A stretch of DNA of 64,000 bases from Calditrichia bacterium. GTDB lineage: Bacteria > Calditrichota > Calditrichia > JAJRVZ01. The DNA lies in the NCBI GenBank assembly GCA_963777955.1, contig CAVZSQ010000022.1, positions 768,001 through 832,000 on the forward strand. The letters are read 5' to 3'. Shown piece after piece: positions 22,392 to 33,590 of the stretch. The translations under genes were made by a program, and so were the position numbers. The notes below the pieces were generated by a model. The model made no database searches and was not told where the DNA came from. It saw nothing but the letters and a program-made list of their open reading frames with translations. Position 1 is the first letter of the stretch. Every line of letters begins with the position of its first letter.

Positions 22392-23285
22392 ATGAAAAAA
22401 GTATTTGTAACAGGTGCCAACGGATTGTTGGGTCAGGCTTTGATCCGGCACTTCAGTCAAACCATTCCGATAGCGGGCTGTGATTTGCATCCGGCCAGTT
22501 ATCTGGGTGATCGTTATCCCTATAACTATTTCAAAGTCGACATAACCAAACGGAATGAATTGGAACCGGTGTTATCAGCAGAGCGGCCCGATGTCGTTAT
22601 CAACACGGCTGCTTATACCGATGTGGATCGCAGCGAAACTGAAAAAGAATTATGCTGGTTGTGCAATGTACACGGCCTGGAAGTTCTCATTGATTCCATC
22701 CGCAGTTTTTCACCCCAGCTGATTCAGATTTCTACGGATTATATCTTCGATGGCAAGTCGGCGCCCTATCGGGAAAATGATCCCGCCCAACCGCTTGGAT
22801 ATTATGGACATACCAAATATATGGCCGAACGCCTGGTAAGAAGCAGTAAACTGGAATATATCATCGCCCGGTCCATGATTCTATACGGTCCTGGCCTGCG
22901 TATCCGGCCTAATTTTGCTTTATGGGTAATCAATAAATTGAAAGCAGGCGAGTCGATCCAGGTAGTCACCGATCAAATCGGCAATCCTACTTTTATTGAC
23001 GAATTAGCTGCAGGTCTTGAGCGGTTGGTCCGGAATGAGGAATATGGTGTGTTTCATATTGCCGGACAGGAGGTCTGCAGCCGATATGATTTTGCCTGCA
23101 GGATTGCCGATGTTTTTGAACTGGATAAGTCCCTGATCAGGCCGGTAATCACGGCCGATCTGAAGCAAAAAGCACCCCGGCCGATGAATTCAGCCTTCAC
23201 CCTGGATAAATTATTTAACACGCTCGACTGGTTGCCGGCCAGGATAAATGAATCTTTACTTGCGCTGAAATCGCAATTAAATTAA
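22392..23285 (+). CDS. rfbD: dTDP-4-dehydrorhamnose reductase family SDR (second copy)
   Basis: GANGLLG, AAYTDVD, STDYIFDG, YGHTK, DQIGNPT, APRP. Confidence 0.8.
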   Translation: MKKVFVTGANGLLGQALIRHFSQTIPIAGCDLHPASYLGDRYPYNYFKVDITKRNELEPVLSAERPDVVINTAAYTDVDRSETEKELCWLCNVHGLEVLIDSIRSFSPQLIQISTDYIFDGKSAPYRENDPAQPLGYYGHTKYMAERLVRSSKLEYIIARSMILYGPGLRIRPNFALWVINKLKAGESIQVVTDQIGNPTFIDELAAGLERLVRNEEYGVFHIAGQEVCSRYDFACRIADVFELDKSLIRPVITADLKQKAPRPMNSAFTLDKLFNTLDWLPARINESLLALKSQLN

Positions 23286-23291
23286 TCGACT

Positions 23292-24017
23292 ATGAATACG
23301 GAAAATGTGTTGGTTATTATACCAACGTATAACGAGAAGGATAATATTCAAAAACTGATCCGGGATATTTATGGCCTGAATCCGACGGTCCATATCCTGG
23401 TGGTGGATGACAATTCTCCCGATGGCACCAGTGCCATAGTAAAACAACTCAAGGACGAATTTAAGAACCTGTTCCTGCTTGAGCGCCAGGGGAAATTAGG
23501 CCTGGGCACGGCTTATATCGCCGGGTTTAAGTTCGCCCTGCAGAACGGTTACCAGTTCATTTTTGAAATGGACGCAGATTTTTCGCATGATCCCAGAGAA
23601 ATTCCTTCTTTTTTAGAAGCGATTAAAGATGCCGATATAGTAATCGGCTCGCGGTACTGTAAGGGCGTGAATGTAGTCAACTGGCCCTTATCAAGACTCG
23701 TGCTGAGTATTTTTGCCAATAAATATACCCGTTTCATTACCGGTTTACCCTTGCATGATTCTACCGGAGGGTATAAATGTTTAAGGCGGGAAGTTCTGCA
23801 GGCGATCGATTTAGACAGAATCAGCTCGGGCGGATATTCATTTCAGATTGAAATGAATTTTAAAGCCTGGAAAAAGGGATTTCGCCTCAAGGAGATCCCG
23901 ATTATTTTTATCGATCGGACTATCGGGAAATCCAAAATGTCCAAGAAAATTGTCCGGGAAGCTGTCTGGATGGTTTGGAAGTTAAAATTCAGAAGTCTGG
24001 TTGGTTCATTAAAATAG
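23292..24017 (+). CDS. Polyprenol monophosphomannose synthase (Dpm1/Ppm1-like GT2)
   Basis: [55 protein letters not shown]. Confidence 0.9.
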   Translation: MNTENVLVIIPTYNEKDNIQKLIRDIYGLNPTVHILVVDDNSPDGTSAIVKQLKDEFKNLFLLERQGKLGLGTAYIAGFKFALQNGYQFIFEMDADFSHDPREIPSFLEAIKDADIVIGSRYCKGVNVVNWPLSRLVLSIFANKYTRFITGLPLHDSTGGYKCLRREVLQAIDLDRISSGGYSFQIEMNFKAWKKGFRLKEIPIIFIDRTIGKSKMSKKIVREAVWMVWKLKFRSLVGSLK

Positions 24018-24025
24018 GAACAAGC

Positions 24026-24991
24026 ATGCCAAGTAATGCACGGTTTACACTGGAATTTGAAAAGCCTGTGGTGGAGTTAGAAAAGAAAATTACCGAAATG
24101 AAAGAATATGCCGCCTCCGCTGGTATGGATTTGCATGATGATATTGACCGGCTGGAAAAAAAGGCTCAGCAACTCCGCGATGAGATCTACGGAAAATTAT
24201 CGCGCTGGCAACGAGTTCAATTAGCCCGCCATCCGCTTCGTCCTTATACTCTTGATTATATCGAGCGGATCTGTTCCTATTTTGAGGAATTGCACGGAGA
24301 CCGCTATTTTGCCGACGATAAAGCCATTGTTGCCGGGATGGGTATGATCGATACTTTTTCCTGTATTATTATCGGACACCAGAAAGGGCGTGATACTAAA
24401 GCCAATCTCTACCGGAATTTCGGCATGGCCAATCCGGAGGGGTATCGCAAAGCCCTGCGCCTGATGAAGATAGGTGCCAAATTCAATAAACCGATTATAT
24501 CCCTGATCGACACACCAGGTGCTTATCCCGGTATTGGCGCGGAAGAAAGGGGACAGGCTGAAGCGATCGCCAGAAATCTGCTGGAGATGTCGCATCTGCC
24601 GGTACCGATCATCATTATAATTATCGGTGAAGGAGCGAGCGGCGGCGCCCTGGGCATCGGTGTAGGGGATCGTGTCTATATGATGCAAAATGCCTGGTAC
24701 TCGGTGATCAGTCCCGAAGGATGCGCGTCAATCCTCTGGCGTGATTCGGCCAAAGCTCCGGAAGCTGCCGAAGCGATGAAAGTAACCGCAGAAGATTTAT
24801 TGGAGTTAAAGGTAATCGATAAAGTGTTGCCGGAACCACAAGGCGGCGCCCACCGGGATCCTGATGCCGCCGCCAAAACGGTGAAAGAAGAAATTGTCAG
24901 CACCTTGCAGGAACTGCTCACTATTCCGAAAGAGGAATTGATCCGCCGGCGTATCGAGAAGTTTTCCAGAATGGGATTCTGGGAGGAATAG
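24026..24991 (+). CDS. accA: Acetyl-CoA carboxylase carboxyltransferase alpha subunit
   Basis: [59 protein letters not shown]. Confidence 0.98.
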   Translation: MPSNARFTLEFEKPVVELEKKITEMKEYAASAGMDLHDDIDRLEKKAQQLRDEIYGKLSRWQRVQLARHPLRPYTLDYIERICSYFEELHGDRYFADDKAIVAGMGMIDTFSCIIIGHQKGRDTKANLYRNFGMANPEGYRKALRLMKIGAKFNKPIISLIDTPGAYPGIGAEERGQAEAIARNLLEMSHLPVPIIIIIIGEGASGGALGIGVGDRVYMMQNAWYSVISPEGCASILWRDSAKAPEAAEAMKVTAEDLLELKVIDKVLPEPQGGAHRDPDAAAKTVKEEIVSTLQELLTIPKEELIRRRIEKFSRMGFWEE

Positions 24992-25016
24992 AGTAAAATT
25001 ACCGGAGAAATCGCCA

Positions 25017-25181
25017 ATGCTGGACAAAGATTTGCTGGAAATCCTGGCCTGTCCCCAGTGCAAAGGGGAACTGGAATATAAGCCGGAGGAAGCGGAACTA
25101 ATTTGCCATAAATGCCGTTTAATCTATCAAATTAAAGACGATATTCCTGTAATGTTGATTGATGAGGCAGAAAAATTTTAA
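25017..25181 (+). CDS. Trm112-family (YcaR/UPF0434) small protein, 54 aa, absent from the ORF track
   Basis: Own translation: [60 protein letters not shown] upstream. Confidence 0.92.
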   Translation: MLDKDLLEILACPQCKGELEYKPEEAELICHKCRLIYQIKDDIPVMLIDEAEKF

Positions 25182-25216
25182 ATTAGGCCGGCAGATGGCG
25201 ATATACTAAAATGGTA

Positions 25217-25245
25217 TTGACAATATATCCATAATACATTATATT
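25217..25245 (+). promoter_or_regulatory. sigma70-type promoter upstream of the porV operon
   Basis: TTGACA-17 nt-TATATT. Confidence 0.65.
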
Positions 25246-25442
25246 TTAACGCTTTAATATCAGGAGTTGCCTATACAAAATTTGTTAAAGGCTTTTTTTT
25301 ACTAAATAGAATTGTAGTGAAAACAGGCTAAATAGATCTGCCTTTAGCAAATTTTGTTTAGGATTTTAGAGGACCGGTTTAGGGGCAAGGGTGAGATCTT
25401 GAGCCATAACCGGTTTTTTTATTTAGATCGTGGAGGATTACG

Positions 25443-26538
25443 ATGAAGAAATTAATTCAGCTTACGGTTTTTCTGGTTATAGTTTTCTCATTCGCAAGCG
25501 ATATATGGGCGCAAGGTGAAGCAGCAGTACCCTTCCTGTTGATCGCTCCGGGTGCCCGTCCCTGCGGCATGGGTGAAGCAGGTGTGGCTATGGCCGATGA
25601 AGCAACCGCGGTGTTCTGGAATCCCGCCGGATTAGCTTTCCAATATGAAGATCCCGAAGTGGATAAGCAGGGAGAAATATCCGTTATGCATGTCAAATGG
25701 CTCCCGCAGTTTAATTTCAGCGATCTGTGGTATGATTATCTGGCCGGCCGCTATTATATCGAGGATATCGGAATGGTCGGCGGCAGTATCACTTTCCTGA
25801 ACCTGGGTGAGAATGTGGCGACCGATGAAAATGGAATTGAACTGGGAACATTCGATAGTTTTGAATATGCGATCACGGCTTCATACGCCACTAAACTAAA
25901 ACAAAATCTGGGGCTCGGCGTCAATTTGAAATTTATTCAGAGTAATCTCACGGATAAGAATTTGCAGATTGGTTCGGAGAATCGTGACGGGCGTTCATCT
26001 TCCTTTGCAGTGGATGTCGGAGTATTGTGGAAACCGGCTTATCCTTTCCTGCGGGATAATTTATCGTTGGGCGCCAATCTGTCCAATTTCGGACCTAAGA
26101 TGACCTACATCGATGAGGCTCAGGCTGATCCATTACCGACGAACCTGAGAATGGGTCTGGCTTATAAAGTTTATGACGATGAATTCAATAAAATAACGGT
26201 TGTCTATGATGCCAATCGTTTGCTGGTGGTACGCGATTCGACCAGTTCAGACGGTGTATTTAAAGCAGTTTTCTATTCCTCCTGGGTTAACGGCAGTTTC
26301 GCGGACCGTTTGAAAAGATTTACCCACTCTACTAGGTGTGGAATACTGGTACGGTAATTTATTTGCAGCACGGGCCGGATATTTTTATGAAGATAAAGAC
26401 TTTGGCGGCAGAAAATTCCTGACTTTTGGCGCAGGGATTAAATATTATATCTTCGCCATTGATTTCGGATATATTTCAGCGAAAGAAGACCATCCGCTTT
26501 CTGATACAATGCGTTTTTCGGTTTCGGTGCAATTCTGA
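25443..26538 (+). CDS. porV: T9SS outer-membrane shuttle PorV (single-base insertion near 26331)
   Basis: AVPFLLIAPGARPCGMGEAG...VFWNPAGLAF, QADPLPTNLRMG, second frame GVEYWY...RAGYFYE...HPLSDTMRFSVSVQF. Confidence 0.88.
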
Positions 26539-26593
26539 TGGTATAAAGATCTTGATTAGTGAGGTTTAAGTCATACGTATTCACAGAGATGTA

Positions 26594-29565
26594 ATGAAAT
26601 TCGGAACGCGCCCGGTGAGACCGCGTGGAAAAATAGCGTTAGTCTTTTTTCTTGGTTTAGCCGTTTGTACCATTCAGGCTCAACAGCAAATTAAAATTTG
26701 TGCCCTCAGGGTTGATTTTCAGCCCGACCAGAATCTGTTGACCACGGGTGACGGACTGTTTTTATTTGATAGTTCCCGGGTTACTCTCTATACCGTCGAT
26801 CCCCCTCCCCATGACCGCAGTTATTTTCAGGATCAAATCCTGGCTGTCGATAATTATTTTCAGTCGGCCTCCAAAGGTGTAATGCAAGTGAGCGGAACGG
26901 TATTTCCGCGTGCGCAAAATGGTGCCTATCGATTACCGCATGATATGGGTTATTATAATCCTAATACCACTGCTGAAGAAAATAACCGGCAATTAGTGCA
27001 GCTGTTCATTGATGCGCTGGCCGCGGCTGACCAGGATCCGGAGATCCGTTTCAGTGATTTTGATCTGGTGACGATCTTTCACGCCGGGGTAGGCAAGGAT
27101 ATCGATTTTGGTTATGATGCCACACCCCAGGATCTACCTTCGTTATACCTGAATCCTGATTTTTTCAGTGCCGCTCTTGATACTGCTTTTAGCGGTATTG
27201 CCGTTGATGAAGGGGTGATTAAAATTGACCGGGGGATAATCATGCCCGAAACAGAAAGCCAGGAAGGGGTGGAGGTGGGTATCACCGGAATTTTTGCCAG
27301 TAATATCGGCAATTATCTCGGTCTCTATGATCTGTTCAGTCCGACCACCCAGAGAAGCGGCATCGGCCGATTTGGGTTGATGGATGTCGGCCTGTTCAAT
27401 CTGTATGGTCTGGTCCCGGCCATACCCTGCGCATATTCGCGCAGACTGTTGGGCTGGGATGCTGCGCAGTTACTGGATGAACCCCGCGATACCGTTTATG
27501 TGCACCGTTTTAGCGGAACCGGCAGCAGCGCTACTACCATGTACCGGATCCCCATCAATAATGATGAATATTATCTGATCGAATATCGCGGCGATAATTT
27601 GGTAAGGATCGATAGTCTATACGCAGTATTGGCCGAAAACAGGCCGGTACTGCCTACCTACCTGGAAGTACTCAAAACCTACTACCCTGAAGCGATTAAA
27701 GTTTCTGATTCGACGGGTGTGTTGTTAAAGGTAAAAGATTATGATTGGGGATTGCCGGGAGCGGGTATTTTGATCTGGCATATCGATGAGGCAGTCATAG
27801 CAGCTGCCGCCGACCTTAATGCTATTAATGATGACCGCGACAACCGCGGAGTAGATCTGGAAGAAGCGGACGGTTCCCAGGACATAGGATACGAGTATAC
27901 GATCCTGGAGCCCGGTTATCAATCGGAACAGGGCACCTGGCTGGATTTCTGGTTCAGCGGTAATCCGGCTCCGTTGTACCGGAATGAATTTTCTGCAGGC
28001 AGTACGCCCAATACGCTGACCAACCGTGTATATGCCAATTCGCATATCAGCTTAAAAAATTTCTCGGCCGCCGGAGACAGCCTGATGTCTTTTTCCTATA
28101 AGCGCGATTATTTTGAAGCAGGTTTTCCCATCGATTTGAATGGTATGTACGGGGACAGCACCTTCACAGATCTTCTGGGTGTTTCAGGTACTGGTTTTAG
28201 CGAACCGCTGGTCTTTACAGCAAATGATTCAGGAAAGATATTCGCTTTCACTGCCGCTGGTACAGGATTGTTCAGCTGCGGATCGTTATGTCATTGCTGA
28301 AATGTTACGCCGGGAATTGCCTTCAATTTCGTTCGCTGATCAAAACGGTGATAACCAGGTCGATCTGCTGCTGGCTTGTACTAAATCAGGCCTGGTCCAG
28401 GGCTTCACCCTGGCAGACCTGAACGGCGATTTGCTGCTGGATACATTGTTTGCTAAAGTGCTTAATCAGAATTTTACGACACCTCCGGTGGTACAATATC
28501 CCTACTTTTATATCGGCCAGCAGAACAATCAGGTTTGCCGGTTTACTCTTTCCGGAGTAGTTGATTCGATTTATTATTTTGACCGGTCTGTTAACGGATT
28601 GACAGTCATTTCCGCCACTGATTTGATCACCAGCAGCAGTGTTTCCTTTCCACAATCTTTTGCACCGGCTGTAGTGGATCTTAATTCAGATGGCCGGATG
28701 GATCACCTCTCTTTTGAAAACCAGACAAAAATCATTATTGAATTGCAGGACGGGGTCGCTAAAAATGTTGAATTGCCCGGACCGGTTGTGGCACCACCTT
28801 CCTTTGGTGATGCTGATACTGATGGATTCTATGAAATATTTTTCAATCTGCCCGACCGGTTATATGGTTTACATTATAATGGTGCAGTAGTAACAAATTT
28901 CCCAATCCAGCCACCCTTGCTGGCTGGTGAACATCTGCAGGGTACCCCTTTGCTTTTTGATGCCGATGGAGATCAGCATACGGATATCGTAACCTGCACA
29001 TCGCAGGGACAGGTTCTGGCTTTTGATTTACAGGGCAGACTGCTGACTGGTTTTCCGCTTTCAGCGGGAGGAAATCCAGTCGGATCACCGTTAATTATCA
29101 ATAATGATGCCGATGAGCAACTGGAATTACTTAGTAAGTACAACCGCGGGAAATGTTTTTGCCTGGCAACTTGAGACTACCGCTGCTGCAAATAAGATAT
29201 GGTGGCAGCAATCTGTCTTTGATTATACCAATAATAATTACTTGACGAATATACTGTTACCTCCTCCGCCCGCGGGTGCCGATTTATTGCCGCCCGGGCT
29301 GGCCTATAATTATCCCAATCCCAATACTACCGGTTTCACGATCATTCGTTATTATCTGCGCGAGGATGCACAGGTGCGGATCAGGATATTTGATCTGGCC
29401 GGCGATCAGGTCGATAATTTCAACGGACCGGGTCTGGGGCAACAGCATAACGAAGTACGCTGGGACCTCTCCGATATTTCCAGCGGTGTATATCTCTGCC
29501 GGATCGAGGCCAGCTCTGACCAGTCCAGACAAGTGCGGTTGATTAAAATACTGGTAATAAAATAA
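26594..29565 (+). CDS. M6 (immune inhibitor A)-like protein with degenerate active site, FG-GAP/VCBS repeats and T9SS-type CTD (indels near 28274 and 29133)
   Basis: LRVDFQPD, IFHAGVG, LGLYDLF...GIGRFGLMD, EYYLIEYR, GILIWHIDE, GVDLEEADG; DLNSDG/DADGD repeats; AYNYPNP...SSGVYLCRIEA. Confidence 0.78.
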
Positions 29566-29576
29566 CCAGACCTTAA

Positions 29577-32500
29577 ATGAAAATCCATTCACTGCTTTTG
29601 CTATTTCTGGTTTTTACACTTGCTGTTGCTCAGGATGATGCCAGCCCCAATCACCCCGAGTTAGAGTGGAACTCCTATGAGACCGAACATTTTATGGTGC
29701 ATTTTCATCAGGGAACTTTTCGCACGGCCAGCCTGGTGGGGAAGATTGCCGAAGATATTTATAATCCTGTAACTACCCTGTACGATTATCATCCGGCGGG
29801 TAAAATTCATTTCATCATCAGGGATACCGATGACTATTCCAACGGCGGCGCTTATTTTTTTGATAATAAGATTGAGATCTGGGCTGAAAACCTGGACTAT
29901 ATTTTAAGAGGTACCCGTAATTGGCTGCGCGATGTGGTGACCCATGAATTCACTCATATGATCTCGATCCAAAACTCCATCAAATTTTCCCGTAGTTTTC
30001 CATATGGATTCTTCCAGTATTTTAATTATGAACCGGAACGACGCAAGGATGTCGTACGGGGATTCCCCAATGTGCTTGTTTCTTTTCCGGTATCTTCAAT
30101 CGATATTCCCATGTGGTTTGCCGAAGGAGTTGCTCAATATCAGGCACCCGGTGCCAAATACGACTATCGCGATCCTCATCGCGAAATGATCGTGCGCGAC
30201 CGGATTATCCATCAGGCCTTTTTTAATTTTACCGAGATGGGTGTTTTTGGAAAAACCGGTCTCGGCAATGAATCGGCTGTCTATAATTTCGGTTATTCCT
30301 TCGTGGATTATCTATGCTCCCGGTTCGGGGACGGGATTCTGGAAAAAATCACCGAGAACAGTTCCAGGATTAAAGTCCTGACCTTTAATCAGGCTCTGTA
30401 TGAGGCTACCGGTGTTCAGGCTGATTCGCTGTATCAGCAATGGAAAAATTATCTGACCGGTAAATACACCCGCAACCTGCGTGTGATACAGCCAAATCAG
30501 GTCAAAGGAAAGCTGATCGAATCCGAGGGGTTTGCCAATCTTTATCCGGTATGGTCGCCCGGGGGAGATAAAATCGCCTACACATCAAACAAGGGTAATG
30601 ATTATTTAAGTCAGAATAAATTGATCGTCTATGACCGGGCCAGCGGAAAAAAAGAAGTCGTAACTGCCCGTATCGGTTCCTCGCTATCCTGGTCAAACCA
30701 TGGTCGCTATCTGGCTTTCTCACGGATAACCAGGGAATTCTGGTCCGGGAACGGATCCGCCTACAATAATCTGTATTTATATGATCTGCAGCAGAAAAAA
30801 GAAATACAACTTACCCGGAACCTGCGGGGACGCAATCCCGACTGGAGCAGTGACGACAGTAAACTGTCCTTTGTTGCCGAAACCAATGGTTTAAATCAAT
30901 TATATGTTCTGGAACTTGCTGATCAGCCGGAAGATCATGACTGGCAGACTGTTTATATAAACCGTGAAACCGGAAAGATAGACAGTGACGCAACCAGCAG
31001 CAGTCGGGCAGTGCAATATCTTGGTAAAAGTCTGCGGCCGGTGCTGGTGCTGGACAGTACCCGCCAGATCTACCATCCACGCTGGTCGCCGGACGATCGC
31101 AGTATTATTTTTGACACAGCTACCGATTATGGACGTGATATTGCTGTCTATGACCTGGCCGCCGATAAATTTGAATTGATATCAGCGGGGCAGGAAGAGG
31201 AACGTTATCCGGTTTACTCCCCAGATGGAAACTGGATTTATTATGCCTCCAGCCGGACCGGAATATATAATCTTTACAGGTTAAACCGCAGTAGCGGTGA
31301 ACGGCAGATTCTGACCAATGTCACCGGCGGGGCCATGATGGCCGATGTCAACCGGCAGGGGGAACTGGTCTACTCCTGTTACGATAGTCTGGGATATCAT
31401 ATATATATTCTGGCGGGTAAGGACACCATTGATCCTGACAGGGCAATATATGAGGAAAATTACCTGGCGACTTTGCCGGTCAAAGATTTTAATGAGCGGA
31501 TCGTACCTGATCGGGATATCAGGCCCTATAAAACAAGTTTTACCGGTTTGCATCTCCTGCCCCGTGTATTAATTGATTATGGCACGGTGAAGCCCGGTCT
31601 GTATATGATCGCCAATGATGTTCTGGATAAGATGTCTCTTTTCGCGGCTGCGGATGTCAATCCTAAGTTTGATTTTGATCTCTATGGCGGGTTTGAATAC
31701 CGTAATTTCTTTCCGACCCTGTTTCTGGAAGCGTATAATCTCAATGCCAATATTGAAGATACGTTCAGTGTAGCCACCGGCAGGTTAAATGAAATTATAG
31801 ACCAGGACATAAATTTTAATCTGACCGAATTTCAACTGGGAGCACGGTTCGAGTATCCGGCCGGATACAACTGGCGCACCGCTTTTGTCTTGAGTATTTA
31901 TAATGCTACCATAAAGTGGTTCGATCCTTTTTACAGGATACCGGTGACGTTCCGTTATCGCTACCTGAACGGCCGTTCCTGGCAAGTCCAGTTGCAAGTC
32001 GACCGCCTGCGTATAGATCGTTTTCGCGATATCAGTCCGGGGGGAGGCAGATTTGTGTCGCTTTTCTATGCCCTGGAATGGAATGATTTTCTGATTGATT
32101 TTGATACCGGTACGGGAATCAGTGCTGAAGTTTTTAAACCTTATAATTATCAAAAAACTGAACTGGACTGGGAGGAATATTTCAGCAATCCCCTGCTGCG
32201 CTCGCATACTTTTGCAGCCAGGCTGCGGGCCGGTTATATTGACCGGTCGGTGGATGATTTCTTTCATTTGTTCGCCGGCGGATTTGTAGGCATGAAAGGT
32301 TATTCTTACTATAGTATTGAAGGGACCAGAAAGGTAATCGGTACGTTCACTTATCGCCTGCCGATCGCGCGGAACATTAACCGGCAGATCGCCAATCTGT
32401 ATTTTGATAAGTTATACCTGGGCCTGTTCTATGATTACGGTAATGCCTGGATTAAAGACAAAACCAGTTTCAATGATTTTAAACGCGATATCGGCGTACA

Positions 32501-32705
32501 ATTGCGCCTGGAATGTTTTACCAATTATATATTTCCCACGAAAATATTCTGGGAAGCGGTCTATCCGCTGGAACGGGTGCAGAAAAATTCAGTGGTATAC
32601 CGGCAGGACTGGCGTTACTATTTTGGAATATTATTTACTTTCGATGTGCGGGAACGCAACCGGTTTCAGGACCGGGACATTCCATATTCATTAAGTAAGT
32701 TTTAA
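29577..32705 (+). CDS. Peptidase MA-like zincin + PD40/TolB beta-propeller + C-terminal outer-membrane beta-barrel protein
   Basis: ETEHFMVHF, VVTHEFTH, WFAEGVAQY; repeated PVWSPGGDKIAY/PRWSPDD/PVYSPDG; BamA-like GGFVGMKGY and LFYDYGNAW. Confidence 0.8.
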   Translation: MKIHSLLLLFLVFTLAVAQDDASPNHPELEWNSYETEHFMVHFHQGTFRTASLVGKIAEDIYNPVTTLYDYHPAGKIHFIIRDTDDYSNGGAYFFDNKIEIWAENLDYILRGTRNWLRDVVTHEFTHMISIQNSIKFSRSFPYGFFQYFNYEPERRKDVVRGFPNVLVSFPVSSIDIPMWFAEGVAQYQAPGAKYDYRDPHREMIVRDRIIHQAFFNFTEMGVFGKTGLGNESAVYNFGYSFVDYLCSRFGDGILEKITENSSRIKVLTFNQALYEATGVQADSLYQQWKNYLTGKYTRNLRVIQPNQVKGKLIESEGFANLYPVWSPGGDKIAYTSNKGNDYLSQNKLIVYDRASGKKEVVTARIGSSLSWSNHGRYLAFSRITREFWSGNGSAYNNLYLYDLQQKKEIQLTRNLRGRNPDWSSDDSKLSFVAETNGLNQLYVLELADQPEDHDWQTVYINRETGKIDSDATSSSRAVQYLGKSLRPVLVLDSTRQIYHPRWSPDDRSIIFDTATDYGRDIAVYDLAADKFELISAGQEEERYPVYSPDGNWIYYASSRTGIYNLYRLNRSSGERQILTNVTGGAMMADVNRQGELVYSCYDSLGYHIYILAGKDTIDPDRAIYEENYLATLPVKDFNERIVPDRDIRPYKTSFTGLHLLPRVLIDYGTVKPGLYMIANDVLDKMSLFAAADVNPKFDFDLYGGFEYRNFFPTLFLEAYNLNANIEDTFSVATGRLNEIIDQDINFNLTEFQLGARFEYPAGYNWRTAFVLSIYNATIKWFDPFYRIPVTFRYRYLNGRSWQVQLQVDRLRIDRFRDISPGGGRFVSLFYALEWNDFLIDFDTGTGISAEVFKPYNYQKTELDWEEYFSNPLLRSHTFAARLRAGYIDRSVDDFFHLFAGGFVGMKGYSYYSIEGTRKVIGTFTYRLPIARNINRQIANLYFDKLYLGLFYDYGNAWIKDKTSFNDFKRDIGVQLRLECFTNYIFPTKIFWEAVYPLERVQKNSVVYRQDWRYYFGILFTFDVRERNRFQDRDIPYSLSKF

Positions 32706-32726
32706 TTTCCCCAAGAGGCAGGCTTT

Positions 32727-33590
32727 ATGAAAAAAGTCATGTTGATGGTAATTATCCTGGTTATTGTTGATCTGGCCGCTGCCGGCGAACAAAGCGGACT
32801 GGTGTTCAACCGGCAACGTTTTGAACTGCTGACTCAAACATACCAGCGCATGGATTCGCTTTCGACCCGGGAGGTTGAAGCACAGCAAAAGTCGGTTTTT
32901 TTAGCCACGGTATATTCCGGATTACTGCCCGGCAGCGGTGAATTTTACAGCGGGTCATACTGGAAAGCCGCTTTGTTCTTCGGAATAGAAGTAGCCGGCT
33001 GGACAACCTATATGATTTATAACCATAAAGGGGACAATGGTGATGAAACCATGCGCGCTTTTGCCGATAAAAATTGGAGTGAACAAAGATACTGGTCGAA
33101 ATTATATTACGAAGCCGAATTAGCCCAGTTACCGAATCTGCCTGCCTATGAACTGGATGATAATCATCTATTGATCAATTACAGTCCTGAAATGGTGAGC
33201 AGTCTGCGCTATCTGGAAGATGCGCTGGGGCATACTCATAAACTTCCGGCCAGCAGAACCCAGCAATACTACGAGATGATCTACAAATATTTAACCCAGT
33301 TTGGTAACGCCTGGCTCGATGCAGATTTTTTTATAACTTATTATGGTAACACCGATCTGATGACACCGATGATGTTTGAATACCGCGGAATGAGAAATGA
33401 TATGAATCATTTCTATGACGTTGCTTCCGGAAGCCTGAATGTAATTCTGATCAACCATGTATTAAGTGCCCTGGATGCAGCCCTGACCACCAGGAGTCAT
33501 AACCGTTCGCTGGCTGTTCAGGCCCGGGTCCGCAATATAGAATATTATGGAGAGAAGGTACAATTATATGGTTTGCAATTATCCTGGTAA
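32727..33590 (+). CDS. Membrane protein, DUF5683/TM2-like N-terminal motif (paralog 1)
   Basis: KSVFLATVYSGLLPGSGEFYSGSYWKA; QQYYEMIYKY; NHVLSALDAAL. Confidence 0.6.
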   Translation: MKKVMLMVIILVIVDLAAAGEQSGLVFNRQRFELLTQTYQRMDSLSTREVEAQQKSVFLATVYSGLLPGSGEFYSGSYWKAALFFGIEVAGWTTYMIYNHKGDNGDETMRAFADKNWSEQRYWSKLYYEAELAQLPNLPAYELDDNHLLINYSPEMVSSLRYLEDALGHTHKLPASRTQQYYEMIYKYLTQFGNAWLDADFFITYYGNTDLMTPMMFEYRGMRNDMNHFYDVASGSLNVILINHVLSALDAALTTRSHNRSLAVQARVRNIEYYGEKVQLYGLQLSW

